DNA of 36,416 nucleotides from a candidate division WOR-3 bacterium (GCA_039801225.1 JBDRUH010000007.1:1-36416), one strand, 5' to 3'. Positions 25,989-36,416 are shown, counted from the first letter of the stretch. Notes: generated by a model not told the origin, from the sequence alone. Numbers and translations are program-made.

Positions 25989-27563
25989 TTAGAAGAGTCT
26001 TCGGGTGTAAGTTAAACTAACCTGGCGCTCGGAAAAACTCTCTTCTCCCCTTGCAAAAAAGAAACCAAAGCCCCATTCAAGGCTTAAAATGTCATTCTTG
26101 GTGAAGTTGAAACCGCTCTTTCCTGATATACGGATATTTTTGCCGGTATTTCCCGGAGAATAATTGAATATAAGACTGCTGGTCAATCTATTGCTCCATC
26201 CCCGATGGGTTCCTGAGATAACCAAACTATTTTGACCTTTTCTCTCTTGAGACAAAATAGAGCGGATGTGGTTGAAAGATAGTGTTATGGTAATATTAGG
26301 TCTCGGGGATATTGAATTGTTGAGGGCAAAGGTGATGGTCTGGGTTGAAGGCAACCGAGTAAGAGGGAGAAAATTCTTAAATTCCTGATAAAAGAACATA
26401 AGGGTAGAATTGGTAGGCATCTGAAAGACCTTAAAAGTGTAACAAGGAGAAATATTAATCCACCGGATGGTATTGTGGATTTTAAAACTATCGCCTGAGG
26501 CATCCTTTCGCTGTTGTTTCTGATTGAAGTTAGTGTTGAGGCTCAATCTCTGATTGGGAGTGAAGCGGAGCGAAATGCCCACCCCTCGAGTTTTAGTCGT
26601 TGCCAGCTTGTCTTGAGTGAGGTTGTCATACTCTTGCTCCAGAGAGAAGTCAACTGTAGTCTTGGGCACGACTTTCGTATTAATGGCTCCCCGGAATCGC
26701 CTACAATCGTTTTTTAAATAAGGCACGCCCAAAGAAGTATAACCCGCTCCCACCTGACCAAAAGAAAAGTCTATTGTAAACAACCTCAGATTTAATTTCA
26801 GACCGTTTCTTATCGCAAAATCTACTCTTGATGACCGTCGGGGCTGATAGATGCGATATATAAACTCCGGTATCCTTTGATGTTGTATGGTATCGCTCCG
26901 TAAGTCGCGGGTGTGTAAACTTCCCGTGCCTTCTAGTGAAAAAGTGAGGACTCTGAATAAAGAGAAGTTGGTCTCAATTCCGCCCACCAGATTCTCTTCC
27001 GGGCGAGCGGTATCCTCTTTCGGAAGGGAGTTTATGTCATCTTTAACCTTTAAAACATTGATGGTGAAGAAGGTGGTGCCCAGCCTTAGACCGATAAGAT
27101 TTCTCTTATAGGTATTATTAACGGTGTCGGCTCGCTTTGACTCGCCACCTAACACGGTGAAGCGGAAAACCTTTGGGAAAAGTCTCAGCTGCCCACCACG
27201 AACTGAAAAACCGGCAAGGGTATATTCGGTAAAAGAGGGAGAAAAATCGCCGATATCAATTGCCCCCCACTTCCACTGGGGTTTAAGATTGAACCGGTTT
27301 ACCCGCTGAGCGGTGAACCTATCTTCCGAGGTGTAGAAGAGTCCTATCCCAAGCGTGAGAAAGGAAAAACTGCTGGTGGTGTTCAATGAGAAGCGGTAGG
27401 TAGTTGGTGGACGACGGTTGATAGGACGGTCTGACCAATAGGACTCCAAATAGGAGGAGAAATCGCCACTCACAGTGGGTTTTGGAAACTTTATTGCAAA
27501 TACCGACGAGAACAATGATAACAAGAAGGATATGAGACCAATTCGCCAGGTGGAGAAAGGCGT
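25989..27563 (-). CDS. hypothetical outer-membrane beta-barrel protein; apparent start codon ACG
   Basis: GDFSPSFTEYTLAG...VRGG, many amphipathic strands, C-terminal TYTRRLF. The signal peptide begins at ACG 27563, 4 nt after GGAGG. The ORF track start at 27641 overlaps the upstream gene. Confidence 0.65.
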   Translation of the reverse strand, partial: TPFSTWRIGLISFLLSLFSSVFAIKFPKPTVSGDFSSYLESYWSDRPINRRPPTTYRFSLNTTSSFSFLTLGIGLFYTSEDRFTAQRVNRFNLKPQWKWGAIDIGDFSPSFTEYTLAGFSVRGGQLRLFPKVFRFTVLGGESKRADTVNNTYKRNLIGLRLGTTFFTINVLKVKDDINSLPKEDTARPEENLVGGIETNFSLFRVLTFSLEGTGSLHTRDLRSDTIQHQRIPEFIYRIYQPRRSSRVDFAIRNGLKLNLRLFTIDFSFGQVGAGYTSLGVPYLKNDCRRFRGAINTKVVPKTTVDFSLEQEYDNLTQDKLATTKTRGVGISLRFTPNQRLSLNTNFNQKQQRKDASGDSFKIHNTIRWINISPCYTFKVFQMPTNSTLMFFYQEFKNFLPLTRLPSTQTITFALNNSISPRPNITITLSFNHIRSILSQERKGQNSLVISGTHRGWSNRLTSSLIFNYSPGNTGKNIRISGKSGFNFTKNDILSLEWGFGFFFARGEESFSERQVSLTYTRRLF

Positions 27564-27573
27564 CTCTCCTCCT

Positions 27574-29562
27574 TTACGGAACACGGGACTCGGACACGGT
27601 TGCCGGCTCGCTCTTATTGCTCTCATTTCCTGATGTGTCAACCGATGTCACCCGGTAATAATACCCCTTCTTACCCTCCGGGTCGCTGAATCCTTCTGTT
27701 TTCCAGGGTTTCTTGTTCAATTTCACATATACACCGGTCGGCAGCTCGGAACGATAAACATTATAGCCGTCCAAGTCATCAGCCAGGACTTTTTCCCATG
27801 TGAGATTTATCCGATTGGCGACATAACTCACCTTCAACCCCTTAGGTGTCGGCGGGGAGTAGATGTCTCGGGGAGTAATATGGAACTTTATCCGCTCGCT
27901 CTCATTGCCGACGCTGTCAACCGCACTGACGAAATAGTAATACGCCACCCCCTTCTCACAGGTTCTGTCAAGGTAGGAGTTGGTATTCATCCCAACCTCC
28001 GCTATTCTTTGCGGTGAAGCACCTTCTCGCTGGCGATAGATATAATATTTTGCTAAATCCAGTGCTAGGCTGACCTGCCATTTCACCGTTACCGTGCCGT
28101 CGTCGTTATTTTGGCAGTAAACCTCAGGCGGTGGCATGGGTGGTTCATCATCCGGGATTTTTACTTCAATCATCGTCCTTTTCCCTTCATTCATCGCGAT
28201 ATCAACCTGAGACACATAATAATAATAATTCCTGCCCGGATAAAGCCCTTTGCTACTGAATCCGGAGTCAACAAAAAATGGGGAGTTTTTACTCACCGGT
28301 GGCCCGACCAGACGAAATAACCGCTCCTTTTCTTCTGCCCGATAGACATAATAACCATCTAAGTCGGGCGTCCGCTGCGGTTCCCAGGTCAATTTCACCA
28401 TCCTCTTTTCCACCTTTGCCCTCAGATTGGCAACTGCGGGCGGCGGGGTGGTGTCTTTAGGCATACCGAATGCCGCGGTTGACTTTTCTCCTTCCAGACC
28501 ATCATCGTCAATCGCCGAGACTCGGTAGACATATAACATCCCGGTCGCCGAGACATCTTTGTCAACAAATCTCCGCTCCTCCTTGGGAATTGGCTCTTTA
28601 TTTATCCTTTTAAACTCGCCGTGAATAGACCACGAGCGATATATGTTATATCCCACCACATCCTCAGCCAGTGATGGCTCCCAGGTGATGACAATCTCTC
28701 CTTCCTCAGGTGTCGCAACAACCTCCAATGGTGGCGGTGGCGGTGTGATGTCCTTCACTTTCACAACTACCACCTCCGATTTTGGACCTTCAGCACCAAT
28801 CAGGTCCACCGCTGTCAGGTAATACTCATAGGTCTTGCCCTCCTCAACTTTTCGGTCAATATAAAAAATTCTTTCGCCAGTTCGGAGATACGGGAAGGGA
28901 AGAACCTTCTTGAATTCACCCTCTTCTAAACTCCTCTTGTAGATATTAAACCCCACGACAATATCCTCTTTTCTGCCGGTCCATTTCGGATAGTCCCATT
29001 CCAACTTTATATAGTCCTTTCCCACAGAAAAGACAATCTTAGTCACCTGGTTCGGTGGTGGCTTATGTTTCCGGACAATGACCCGCGCCTCAACCCTTGA
29101 GAACTCTTCACCCTGATAATTTATAAAAGAAATCCGGTAGATATACTCTTCATTAGACCGCGCCGTAGTATCAATAAACAACTTCCCCAGAACTTTGGCA
29201 ACATTCAGACTTACCAGGGAAAGGGCACCACCAACACCCGGGTCCATAATCCGGCGGTAAAATGTGAACTCATCCTCGGCTTTAAAGACCTGGGCAAGCC
29301 AGTTATACTCCTCCTCAGGAAAAAACTCTCTGATGAGCAAAGGGTCTTTAATTTTGGTTATCGGCTCAGGTGTAAAAAGAGTAAATTCCTTTTCTCCCTT
29401 TGCCTTTCTTGAAACGGTCCATGAGACCATCTCTTTCGGAGGTGAAGCGAGAATTACATATACCTTATTCTCATCCGGTATTATAAGAAATGGCGGTGCC
29501 TTTTGGGCAAAAAGTGCCTCTGCGGCGAATAGAAGGAGAAAAAAGTTAGCCAGTAGCCTCAT
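27574..29562 (-). CDS. secreted fibronectin type III repeat protein
   Basis: Signal peptide; at least 5 repeats of PPxP..L.W...GYNIYR...F.D...Y.Y.V.AVD..GNES. Confidence 0.85.
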   Translation of the reverse strand: MRLLANFFLLLFAAEALFAQKAPPFLIIPDENKVYVILASPPKEMVSWTVSRKAKGEKEFTLFTPEPITKIKDPLLIREFFPEEEYNWLAQVFKAEDEFTFYRRIMDPGVGGALSLVSLNVAKVLGKLFIDTTARSNEEYIYRISFINYQGEEFSRVEARVIVRKHKPPPNQVTKIVFSVGKDYIKLEWDYPKWTGRKEDIVVGFNIYKRSLEEGEFKKVLPFPYLRTGERIFYIDRKVEEGKTYEYYLTAVDLIGAEGPKSEVVVVKVKDITPPPPPLEVVATPEEGEIVITWEPSLAEDVVGYNIYRSWSIHGEFKRINKEPIPKEERRFVDKDVSATGMLYVYRVSAIDDDGLEGEKSTAAFGMPKDTTPPPAVANLRAKVEKRMVKLTWEPQRTPDLDGYYVYRAEEKERLFRLVGPPVSKNSPFFVDSGFSSKGLYPGRNYYYYVSQVDIAMNEGKRTMIEVKIPDDEPPMPPPEVYCQNNDDGTVTVKWQVSLALDLAKYYIYRQREGASPQRIAEVGMNTNSYLDRTCEKGVAYYYFVSAVDSVGNESERIKFHITPRDIYSPPTPKGLKVSYVANRINLTWEKVLADDLDGYNVYRSELPTGVYVKLNKKPWKTEGFSDPEGKKGYYYRVTSVDTSGNESNKSEPATVSESRVP

Positions 29563-29571
29563 ATCCCCTCC

Positions 29572-32500
29572 TTAATAAGTGAACTCTGCCTGGGCGGTGG
29601 TTTTAAGTCCAGCACCATTTTCCGCCTCAACCTTGAAGATGTATCTCCGCTCATAAAACCCCTCCCGGGGCTGGAGGCTCTCCAGTTGGGAAATTGGGAA
29701 GGTAACGCTCCGCTGGGGCATAGGGGCCCAGTCGGTTACCGGATTACCAGCAGGAGTCTCCAGGCGGTACCGATAAGAATATATCCCGGACTCATTGTCA
29801 TAGGTACTATCCCGGTTGCAGGTTACCGATATGAGCCTTGGCGGATATGCGGTCACAGACCAGTTCTTGTTAACAGTGATATTAAATGGTGCCGGCGGGG
29901 TGTTGTCAAAGAAATGGACCACCATTGAAGTGGTGTCAGTACTTTCCAGACCTATAGTATTGAAAGCCCGCAAGGTAAGATAAAGGGTATCACCTTCCCG
30001 GTAAGGTTTAGGATTACCTGCATAGAAGTAGGCAAATGTCGTCCTTACATTTGTGGTGTCAACAATATCGGTGCCGTAAGGTCTTTTCCCGATGGAATAG
30101 AGATACTTTTTAAGACCGGACTCATTATCCTCTGACCTTTGCCAGCGAGCGAACAGGGTGAGAGGTCCGCGGTATAATGTGCGGGTAAACTCAAGGATAT
30201 GTGGTATCGTCGGCGGGGAAGTATCAACCTTTATTGACCTCGTCGCCTCCGGACTCCATAGACCCACCCCATTCTTTGCCCTGACCTTTAAGGTATAGGT
30301 TTTACTGTGCTGAAGATTCAGACCCCGGATATTCACCTCAGTCCTGCCCCCCGAAGATGTCCAGTCAACAAGCGGATTGTATATATATCTGCCGATTGTT
30401 GGGTTGTAGAAATAGGTGCCGAGGGTGTATTGATACTCCTCAACCCCGGACTCAGCATCATAGGAAAGCCAACTGGCATAAACCTGCCCGGTGCTTGATA
30501 TTATGGTATCGGTGGTGATCAAGGGTCTTGTTGGTGGTGTGGTGTCAATAGAACTCATACTGTTTCTCTGTTGCGGTACATCCGGACCGTAATAATCAAC
30601 TTTTACTACCCCCTTTCGGGTAATTGCATACCCACCTGCCCCCCTTGCCCGCAAAAATATTCCATAGTCTCCCGGCTCGTTGATACCGTAAATAAACGGC
30701 AGCCACAGTTCTCTTGAAAGCCCTAAGGTCTTGGGCTGGGGCATAGTATAGAAAAATCCCCCCTCTTTTTTTATCCAGAAACTGTAGTCAACCACCTTTA
30801 CCGGATGGGTTGCAGACCAGTTGAGGGTCAGACGCCCAAAACTTTGCGGTGTAGTGGCATCAGAGCGGTATTCACCGGTGAACGAGGTTATCCTGGGAGA
30901 TGTCAGGAGTTGGGCAAGCCCTGCCTTCCGCCTGGATATGGGGCTGAAACCCGTGGTTCGGGCTATCATCGGATATCTCATTCCTTCAATCCTTACCATT
31001 CTCTGGGGAGCAGGTGTTGGCACATCACCCATAAGTTCCATTTGGTCATACAGGTCATAAAGAAGTTCATAGAGGTCCGCCTTCCGGGAATAGACCCTAT
31101 CCAAAGAACTGGTGTAATTTATCCAGGAACGGGCGTATTCGCCAGTTGTCCGCTGATAAACCGCCTTTAATGAATCCCATCGCGCCTGGGCTAAATTGAT
31201 AATGCCTTGATAACCTGCCTTAGGAATGTTATACCATATCTCCATTCCGTAAGTAACCCACATATTCCGCAAATCCCTTAAAGGCACCGCCAGGCTCGGT
31301 CTTTGAAATGATGTATCAAGAACTCTAATTATCTCCTGCCTGGTCCCCGTCCATATCAATAACGGCAAAGAGTCAATCGCCATGACTTTGTTCTGTAACT
31401 CCTGGTAGATTGCACTGCTACAGGAAATGGTCGTTATTGTCCAAGGATTAGGGTTATATGGGACATTTCTATTCAGATAGATTCGTTTTCTCGCGGCATT
31501 ATTCTGGTTTTTCTCTAAGTAATCGCCCAGATACCAGTAGTAGTCAATAACCTTCTTATAACCCTCCTGATAGAGACTGCAAAGGCTTGACATATCATTC
31601 TTCTGATAAGCGGTGCTGATGTATAACAGACTGTCAAGTTTTAATAGTTTCTCATCAATTACCCCGGCAATCCTTATTAACTCCTGACGGTAGGCTTCGT
31701 TATCCTTCTGAACATCACTCATAGTTCTCTTTTGTTCATCAGCCTGGGCGTAGTTTAGCTCATAACCCACCTCCACCCCGGAAACGGTGAAAGAGGTGTC
31801 AGCGCCACTTACTGTTATCGTTTGGCGGTTCTTTCCCTGTAATGGTGAACCCAGTGTGCCAATTTCCCTGACCGTTGGTAACCGCTCCTCCAGGAGTGCC
31901 TGATAGTTAGCCAATCGCTGGTCAACCCTGACCCGGGTGGTATCCACTCTTCTGGTAAGGAAATAGCGCGTGGTTCTCTCCTTCTCCGACAGGTTGTCCC
32001 TCATCACCTTAAGACTCTCGGCAACCGCATCAAATAGTGCCGAATCGCGCTGCTTTATGAGGATCCCTGGCACAGAACCAAAGTTTGATATCCAGCGGTT
32101 TTCTTCCAGGAAATACCAAGTCCGGTAGAGAAACCATCTCCAGCCCGCCGCCTCAATCAATGCCATCCCCGCCCGTGCCCTTGTCTCTTCACTCAATGCA
32201 TACATTGTCGCCTGCGCTTCTGCCATCGCATCTTTTACCCGGTTCTTCTCCTCCTGCATCTGATTCGCCATATTCCTCGCATCCTCAATCAACTTGTCAT
32301 ACCTTGAGTTCCTGCCGGTTCCACCATCAAACCCATCTTTACCAATTGAAACCCAGATACTACCGGAGAAAACCTCTACCCATAAGACCTCAACCGAAAG
32401 GCTACCAACGCAGTAGATGATATAAACCGGCTCGCCGATCAAAGCACCTTCCAGTCCGAAACTGGCACCCGCCAGACCACCAAGGATTTCTGCTGAGGCA

Positions 32501-35500
32501 TGAAGTCCGGCATAACCACCCCAGGACCTGGGTTCAATCCGTTTGTACCAGACCATCCCGTCAAAGTCTATTGAACCGCTCAGGACATAGATATCAATCC
32601 CGAACCCTAAACTCATCTCCAGTAAAAATCCCGGATTGCCGATAAAGAAATCGGTCTCGGCATTGGCGAGCCGCACCACCTTCAGGTTAGCACCACCCAT
32701 CACTCCCCAGGCATCCTGGGAATAGACATAAAACTCAAAATTGCCGTTTCCGGTAATCAACTCTATCACATTTACATCAACCTTAACCCTTCCCTCAGCA
32801 TAAGCCGGATTCCAGCCCACTGAGAGATACATAGTTCCTTTTGCATCCATCGCTGGCTCGGCCATCTTCAAAACCTTGGCTTCAGCATCAAGGTCAAACC
32901 TTCTGGTTGTCAGGGTTAATAGCGCCCTCCCGGTTACTAAAGCATCAGTCCCCAGAAATGTCACACCGCCATAAAGAAGAAGGGCAAAAGCGCCCGGGTC
33001 ATCAGACCTTGGCCTTTTCTCCTGAAACTTGTTGGTCATCTCGGGACGGGTGAAGCCACAATGGTGCCGCACCGTCTGTAAATCTATCTCCTCCGGATAC
33101 CAAAAGAAACCACCGCCTAATTCCACCAAGGTAATCCCTGGTCCAACCGGAATCTGAAGCCCCCGCGCCGCAACGAATAATCCAAACGACGGGTTACCAT
33201 CCCGATTACCAATTTTGCCCACCGCGGTAACGCCGACGCCAGATGGAATGTTCAGTGTGCCGGCGAACCGCAAAGTGCCGGTGGGGTTAGAGTAGTCATA
33301 ATCGGCTAAGAGTTGCATCCCGGCGATTGTCAAATCAGCACCGGTCAGCGTCACCTTCTTTGAACCACCGCCAGAAGGTTTATAAACGAGGAGGCGGTCA
33401 AACCCCCCTGAGGCGATTCTACCACCCTCGCCGATATTTATCCCGGCATCCTCCATCAGAAAATATCCCCGGCAGGAGATACTCTGGGTACCACTCTGGA
33501 AGTTCCTATCTTCACCTTCGCCGGTCGTCTGGTCAACATTGAATGTTAGGGTGGTATCCCGATTGCTCCAACTGATTCGTCCGACACTGACATTGAACAC
33601 CTCTAAGATTTTGAACTCACCACCACGGATTATCGGATATTCAACATCGCCTGAGGTATAAACCTTAAACCCTTCCACCATCGCACCGCCGCCAACACCG
33701 GAGATGTTTATTCCTAAGGAGCAGTTTAAAACAAATGCGAAGGGCAGGGGCTCAATCGCCAGCCTACTCAACTTGAACTTAAGCACATCGCCCAAATCCA
33801 GCCTCTTATTTTGAATCACCGGTATTTCAGGGGGCAGGTCCCAGTGGATGTTCCCATTGAAATCAATCGTCAATCCTCCTGCTAACTCATTACCCACGAT
33901 CTCGCCAATCGCCAGCCGGCGTTCGGTTATAGACAAGAGATTTCCGGCATCATTCTTGAACGGGAAATAGACATCAAGCGCCATCTCGATCTTGGACTGA
34001 TTCAACTTCAAATCGCCATTCTGAATCGTCAAAACCAGCCCCAGATAGGTCAAATCCAGGGTGCAGTTGAGCACGGGGATGGAAAACTCCGAGATATCAT
34101 TCCCCGCTCCCCTTCGGTCTGGGAGAAGTTCATTCAAAGGCGCAACGCGTCCGACAGTATTTCCGTCAATATCCAGGAGAAAACTGAACCTCGTCCGGGG
34201 GAGAAGGGTATCAATCGGCTTGGGCAGACTCTCAATCTTTCCAGCAAACCGAAGGTAGTATTGGTCAAGAGAGTCAAAGAAACTTATCGTATCAAGTTTC
34301 ACATAAGAGTTTCCCGGAATGAGCCGGAACGGGTCGGCAAAGGAAAACCGACCGGTTATTTTCCCTTGATGGGTAACTTTGAAGTTGGTGAACTGGGTAA
34401 GGAGGTGTTGAGTCCCCTGCCGGGAGAACTTTATGTCTCCAGATAGTGATGCCCATAGGGTATCGCCACTTTTCCCGATGGTGATCGCCTTATTTGCGCC
34501 TATGTCATGGAGAGAGAAGGTCACCCCCCACCTTGAGAACTCCTGGGTCGTGGAGACCCCTTTGCCTTCAATCCCCCCGGCTCTAACTATTAAATCGTTA
34601 ATCTCATAAAGTGTTATATTAATCCGTGGTATGTTTAACTTGGCATTTATTAAAATAAAATCAACCGGACTTCCTCTCTTCTCAAATCTTACTTTGGTTA
34701 TCTTTAAAAAATCGTCCTTGTAACCAAATAATGCAGTGTCAATCCCACAACTTCGCTGGACGACTCCAGTATCTATTGTCGAGTTGAATGGGTTAGCTGG
34801 GTTGAGCACTATATTAAAACTCTGGAGGGTACATAAAGGAACCTCTTTATTGTCAAGGGAAATAAGCCGCATCGTTGCCGTGCCACTCAGCCGGTAGCGG
34901 TTACTTCCTGCTGGTCCTTCAGGGGTTGGCGGTTCGGAGAAGTTTTTCAAATATGCGACATTAGGCACTAAACAGAGTGAATCAATCCGAAGGGTTTCCG
35001 CTGTTACCCGGTAGTTTACCGAATCTTTAAGACTGTCCGGAGAGACGATTTCTACCTTCAATTTATGCCTACCGGTGTCGGTGGCATTGGCCGGAAGAGG
35101 AAGAGATAAGAACGAGTCGGGGGAGGTTTCAGTATAGTGGCTGAATACCCGCCATGGTGTGCCATCTAATAAGAATCTACCCTGGACATCACCTGACCCA
35201 CTTACATCAAACTTAACCTTTGCCCGGACGGTTGTACCCACCGGAACCACCCCGGGCAGAATCAACTGAAGGTTTGATATTGTAAACCCGTGTGGAACAC
35301 TCTGGAATATAAACCGAAAGATATCGCTCTTCCCTTCATTCTCACCAATCGGGATATTATTCCGGTCCTTTGCCTGAACTTGCCACACATACCATTTATT
35401 CTCTTCAAACGGTCGGGCACTCACTGGATAAGTCCAACTGGTCAGGTCAACCACCGTTTCCTCGTGATGAGGAATGTTATTTATCGCCTGTTGTGGTGTC

Positions 35501-36099
35501 TGTCCGGATAGAATTTCGCAAATCTTAACTGAGTATCGGACCTCAAATCCCGGGTGAGATGTTGCCGGTGTCCATTGAAATGTTGGCAGGGCAACCCGAA
35601 TTGTATCACCATCTCCCGGCGTTAAAAGCGAAGGTTGCTGAAATCCCAAGATGGTAAAGGTCACTGGATTACCTGAGGCTATAAGTTCACCGGTTGATTT
35701 GCGAATGAGATAGGTGTAAAGGGTATAAGTCCCTTCCAACAACCGATTTGTTCTAATAATCTCCTCTTGAAACTCGGAATTATAGGTAATTCCCCGATAG
35801 TTAATGAAATCCCGATTGTCTTTCTCTATTGGCGAGGATAAAAACGGGATATCTGCCGAACTACCCTTAGCGACAAAGCCATGTTCAATAGAATGGAGAC
35901 TGTCAACTAACTTTACCGTATCCGGGGTGGAACCGGTAATTATGATGGAAATAATCCCCGGGTTATTTTCCCAGTCAGAAAGGTAGGGGCTGGGATAAGG
36001 ATTGGGACAGACAACACTAACTGACCACTGAGCCGGAGCCGAAACACATAAAAATAAGAGAAGCCCGATTGCTATTACAGTTAACTTAACCCCTTTCAT
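29572..36099 (-). CDS. 2175-aa secreted multidomain protein (Ig/FN3-like N-terminus, long beta-rich core, helical region, C-terminal FN3-like domains)
   Basis: GGAGG SD, signal peptide, PTFQWTP...YVWQVQAKD, Gly-rich beta region, coiled-coil-like segment, repeated DxESG...Y.Y..G domains. Confidence 0.75.
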   Translation of the reverse strand: MKGVKLTVIAIGLLLFLCVSAPAQWSVSVVCPNPYPSPYLSDWENNPGIISIIITGSTPDTVKLVDSLHSIEHGFVAKGSSADIPFLSSPIEKDNRDFINYRGITYNSEFQEEIIRTNRLLEGTYTLYTYLIRKSTGELIASGNPVTFTILGFQQPSLLTPGDGDTIRVALPTFQWTPATSHPGFEVRYSVKICEILSGQTPQQAINNIPHHEETVVDLTSWTYPVSARPFEENKWYVWQVQAKDRNNIPIGENEGKSDIFRFIFQSVPHGFTISNLQLILPGVVPVGTTVRAKVKFDVSGSGDVQGRFLLDGTPWRVFSHYTETSPDSFLSLPLPANATDTGRHKLKVEIVSPDSLKDSVNYRVTAETLRIDSLCLVPNVAYLKNFSEPPTPEGPAGSNRYRLSGTATMRLISLDNKEVPLCTLQSFNIVLNPANPFNSTIDTGVVQRSCGIDTALFGYKDDFLKITKVRFEKRGSPVDFILINAKLNIPRINITLYEINDLIVRAGGIEGKGVSTTQEFSRWGVTFSLHDIGANKAITIGKSGDTLWASLSGDIKFSRQGTQHLLTQFTNFKVTHQGKITGRFSFADPFRLIPGNSYVKLDTISFFDSLDQYYLRFAGKIESLPKPIDTLLPRTRFSFLLDIDGNTVGRVAPLNELLPDRRGAGNDISEFSIPVLNCTLDLTYLGLVLTIQNGDLKLNQSKIEMALDVYFPFKNDAGNLLSITERRLAIGEIVGNELAGGLTIDFNGNIHWDLPPEIPVIQNKRLDLGDVLKFKLSRLAIEPLPFAFVLNCSLGINISGVGGGAMVEGFKVYTSGDVEYPIIRGGEFKILEVFNVSVGRISWSNRDTTLTFNVDQTTGEGEDRNFQSGTQSISCRGYFLMEDAGINIGEGGRIASGGFDRLLVYKPSGGGSKKVTLTGADLTIAGMQLLADYDYSNPTGTLRFAGTLNIPSGVGVTAVGKIGNRDGNPSFGLFVAARGLQIPVGPGITLVELGGGFFWYPEEIDLQTVRHHCGFTRPEMTNKFQEKRPRSDDPGAFALLLYGGVTFLGTDALVTGRALLTLTTRRFDLDAEAKVLKMAEPAMDAKGTMYLSVGWNPAYAEGRVKVDVNVIELITGNGNFEFYVYSQDAWGVMGGANLKVVRLANAETDFFIGNPGFLLEMSLGFGIDIYVLSGSIDFDGMVWYKRIEPRSWGGYAGLHASAEILGGLAGASFGLEGALIGEPVYIIYCVGSLSVEVLWVEVFSGSIWVSIGKDGFDGGTGRNSRYDKLIEDARNMANQMQEEKNRVKDAMAEAQATMYALSEETRARAGMALIEAAGWRWFLYRTWYFLEENRWISNFGSVPGILIKQRDSALFDAVAESLKVMRDNLSEKERTTRYFLTRRVDTTRVRVDQRLANYQALLEERLPTVREIGTLGSPLQGKNRQTITVSGADTSFTVSGVEVGYELNYAQADEQKRTMSDVQKDNEAYRQELIRIAGVIDEKLLKLDSLLYISTAYQKNDMSSLCSLYQEGYKKVIDYYWYLGDYLEKNQNNAARKRIYLNRNVPYNPNPWTITTISCSSAIYQELQNKVMAIDSLPLLIWTGTRQEIIRVLDTSFQRPSLAVPLRDLRNMWVTYGMEIWYNIPKAGYQGIINLAQARWDSLKAVYQRTTGEYARSWINYTSSLDRVYSRKADLYELLYDLYDQMELMGDVPTPAPQRMVRIEGMRYPMIARTTGFSPISRRKAGLAQLLTSPRITSFTGEYRSDATTPQSFGRLTLNWSATHPVKVVDYSFWIKKEGGFFYTMPQPKTLGLSRELWLPFIYGINEPGDYGIFLRARGAGGYAITRKGVVKVDYYGPDVPQQRNSMSSIDTTPPTRPLITTDTIISSTGQVYASWLSYDAESGVEEYQYTLGTYFYNPTIGRYIYNPLVDWTSSGGRTEVNIRGLNLQHSKTYTLKVRAKNGVGLWSPEATRSIKVDTSPPTIPHILEFTRTLYRGPLTLFARWQRSEDNESGLKKYLYSIGKRPYGTDIVDTTNVRTTFAYFYAGNPKPYREGDTLYLTLRAFNTIGLESTDTTSMVVHFFDNTPPAPFNITVNKNWSVTAYPPRLISVTCNRDSTYDNESGIYSYRYRLETPAGNPVTDWAPMPQRSVTFPISQLESLQPREGFYERRYIFKVEAENGAGLKTTAQAEFTY

Positions 36100-36245
36100 A
36101 ATCGCCTCCGGATAATATACACTATTACTTCCTACAACGTTAACAATAGCAGAAACCTCTTTTGCTCCTTGATTAGGATTAACTTCTAATCATTAAAAAC
36201 TACTCCCCTTCAAAGAGCAACTACTTCCACTTTTAAATATATTAA

Positions 36246-36273
36246 TTTTCCGGTAAAAGTCAAGACTGTATTT
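36246..36273 (-). promoter_or_regulatory. possible sigma70 promoter upstream of the large secreted-protein locus (the -10 lies just below this interval)
   Basis: Minus strand TTGACT (36273-36268), then tttaccggaaaattaatatatt; the spacing to a -10-like TATATT/TAATAT was read by eye only. Confidence 0.3.
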
Positions 36274-36276
36274 ATT

Positions 36277-36414
36277 TTATTTTTGCGCCAAGACATCGTT
36301 ACCAGAGTACGGCGAGGGTAGTATTGGAGCATTGGTGGGAAAAAGCCGCCTGGATATACTTCTACAACCTACAGCGACCACATCAGGACGCAGATATGAA
36401 CCTTCGCCCTTTGT
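36277..36414 (-). CDS. possible 3' end of an upstream gene (partial)
   Basis: Open frame TKGEGSYLRPDVVAVGCRSISRRLFPTNAPILPSPYSGNDVLAQK* runs to the window edge; no recognisable motif. Confidence 0.25.
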   Translation of the reverse strand, partial: TKGEGSYLRPDVVAVGCRSISRRLFPTNAPILPSPYSGNDVLAQK

Positions 36415-36416
36415 CC

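Noticed and set aside
1..36416. tRNA (including tRNA-Sec), rRNA, transposase, integrase or prophage genes
   Set aside because: None recognised by eye; a tRNAscan-SE/Rfam run would be needed to exclude small RNAs

Overview
Bacterial genomic window read with the standard code (most genes end in TGA, TAA or TAG, several with ATGA/TGATG overlaps). The organism is probably an anaerobic diderm of FCB/WOR-3-like affinity, inferred from Mla genes, beta-barrel proteins, a T9SS-like C-terminal tail and an anaerobe-type ROS defence cluster. Contents in order: a DNA/RNA damage cluster (EndoIII-like 3' end, DUF523/DUF1722, uvsE), a radical SAM gene, an FG-GAP/ASPIC protein, a REP-like repeat region, a methyltransferase, cyclophilin and mlaEFD, an OM barrel, a five-gene thiol/selenol redox operon, lipA, an MFS transporter, a seven-gene oxidative stress operon, a sugar ABC ATPase, accD, an RRM protein and a three-gene large secreted-protein locus. 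The main result is two genes that the ORF track misses or truncates because each has an in-frame TGA in a UxxC motif, followed by a SECIS-like hairpin. One is an Omp28/thioredoxin-like exported protein (12406-13200, UPYC) and the other a 44-aa membrane peptide (15211-15345, ULSC). Both sit in one operon with a TlpA-like oxidoreductase, a Cys-motif OM barrel and a polyferredoxin membrane protein, suggesting a selenium-dependent trans-envelope electron relay. Family names are from recall of motifs, not from database searches.
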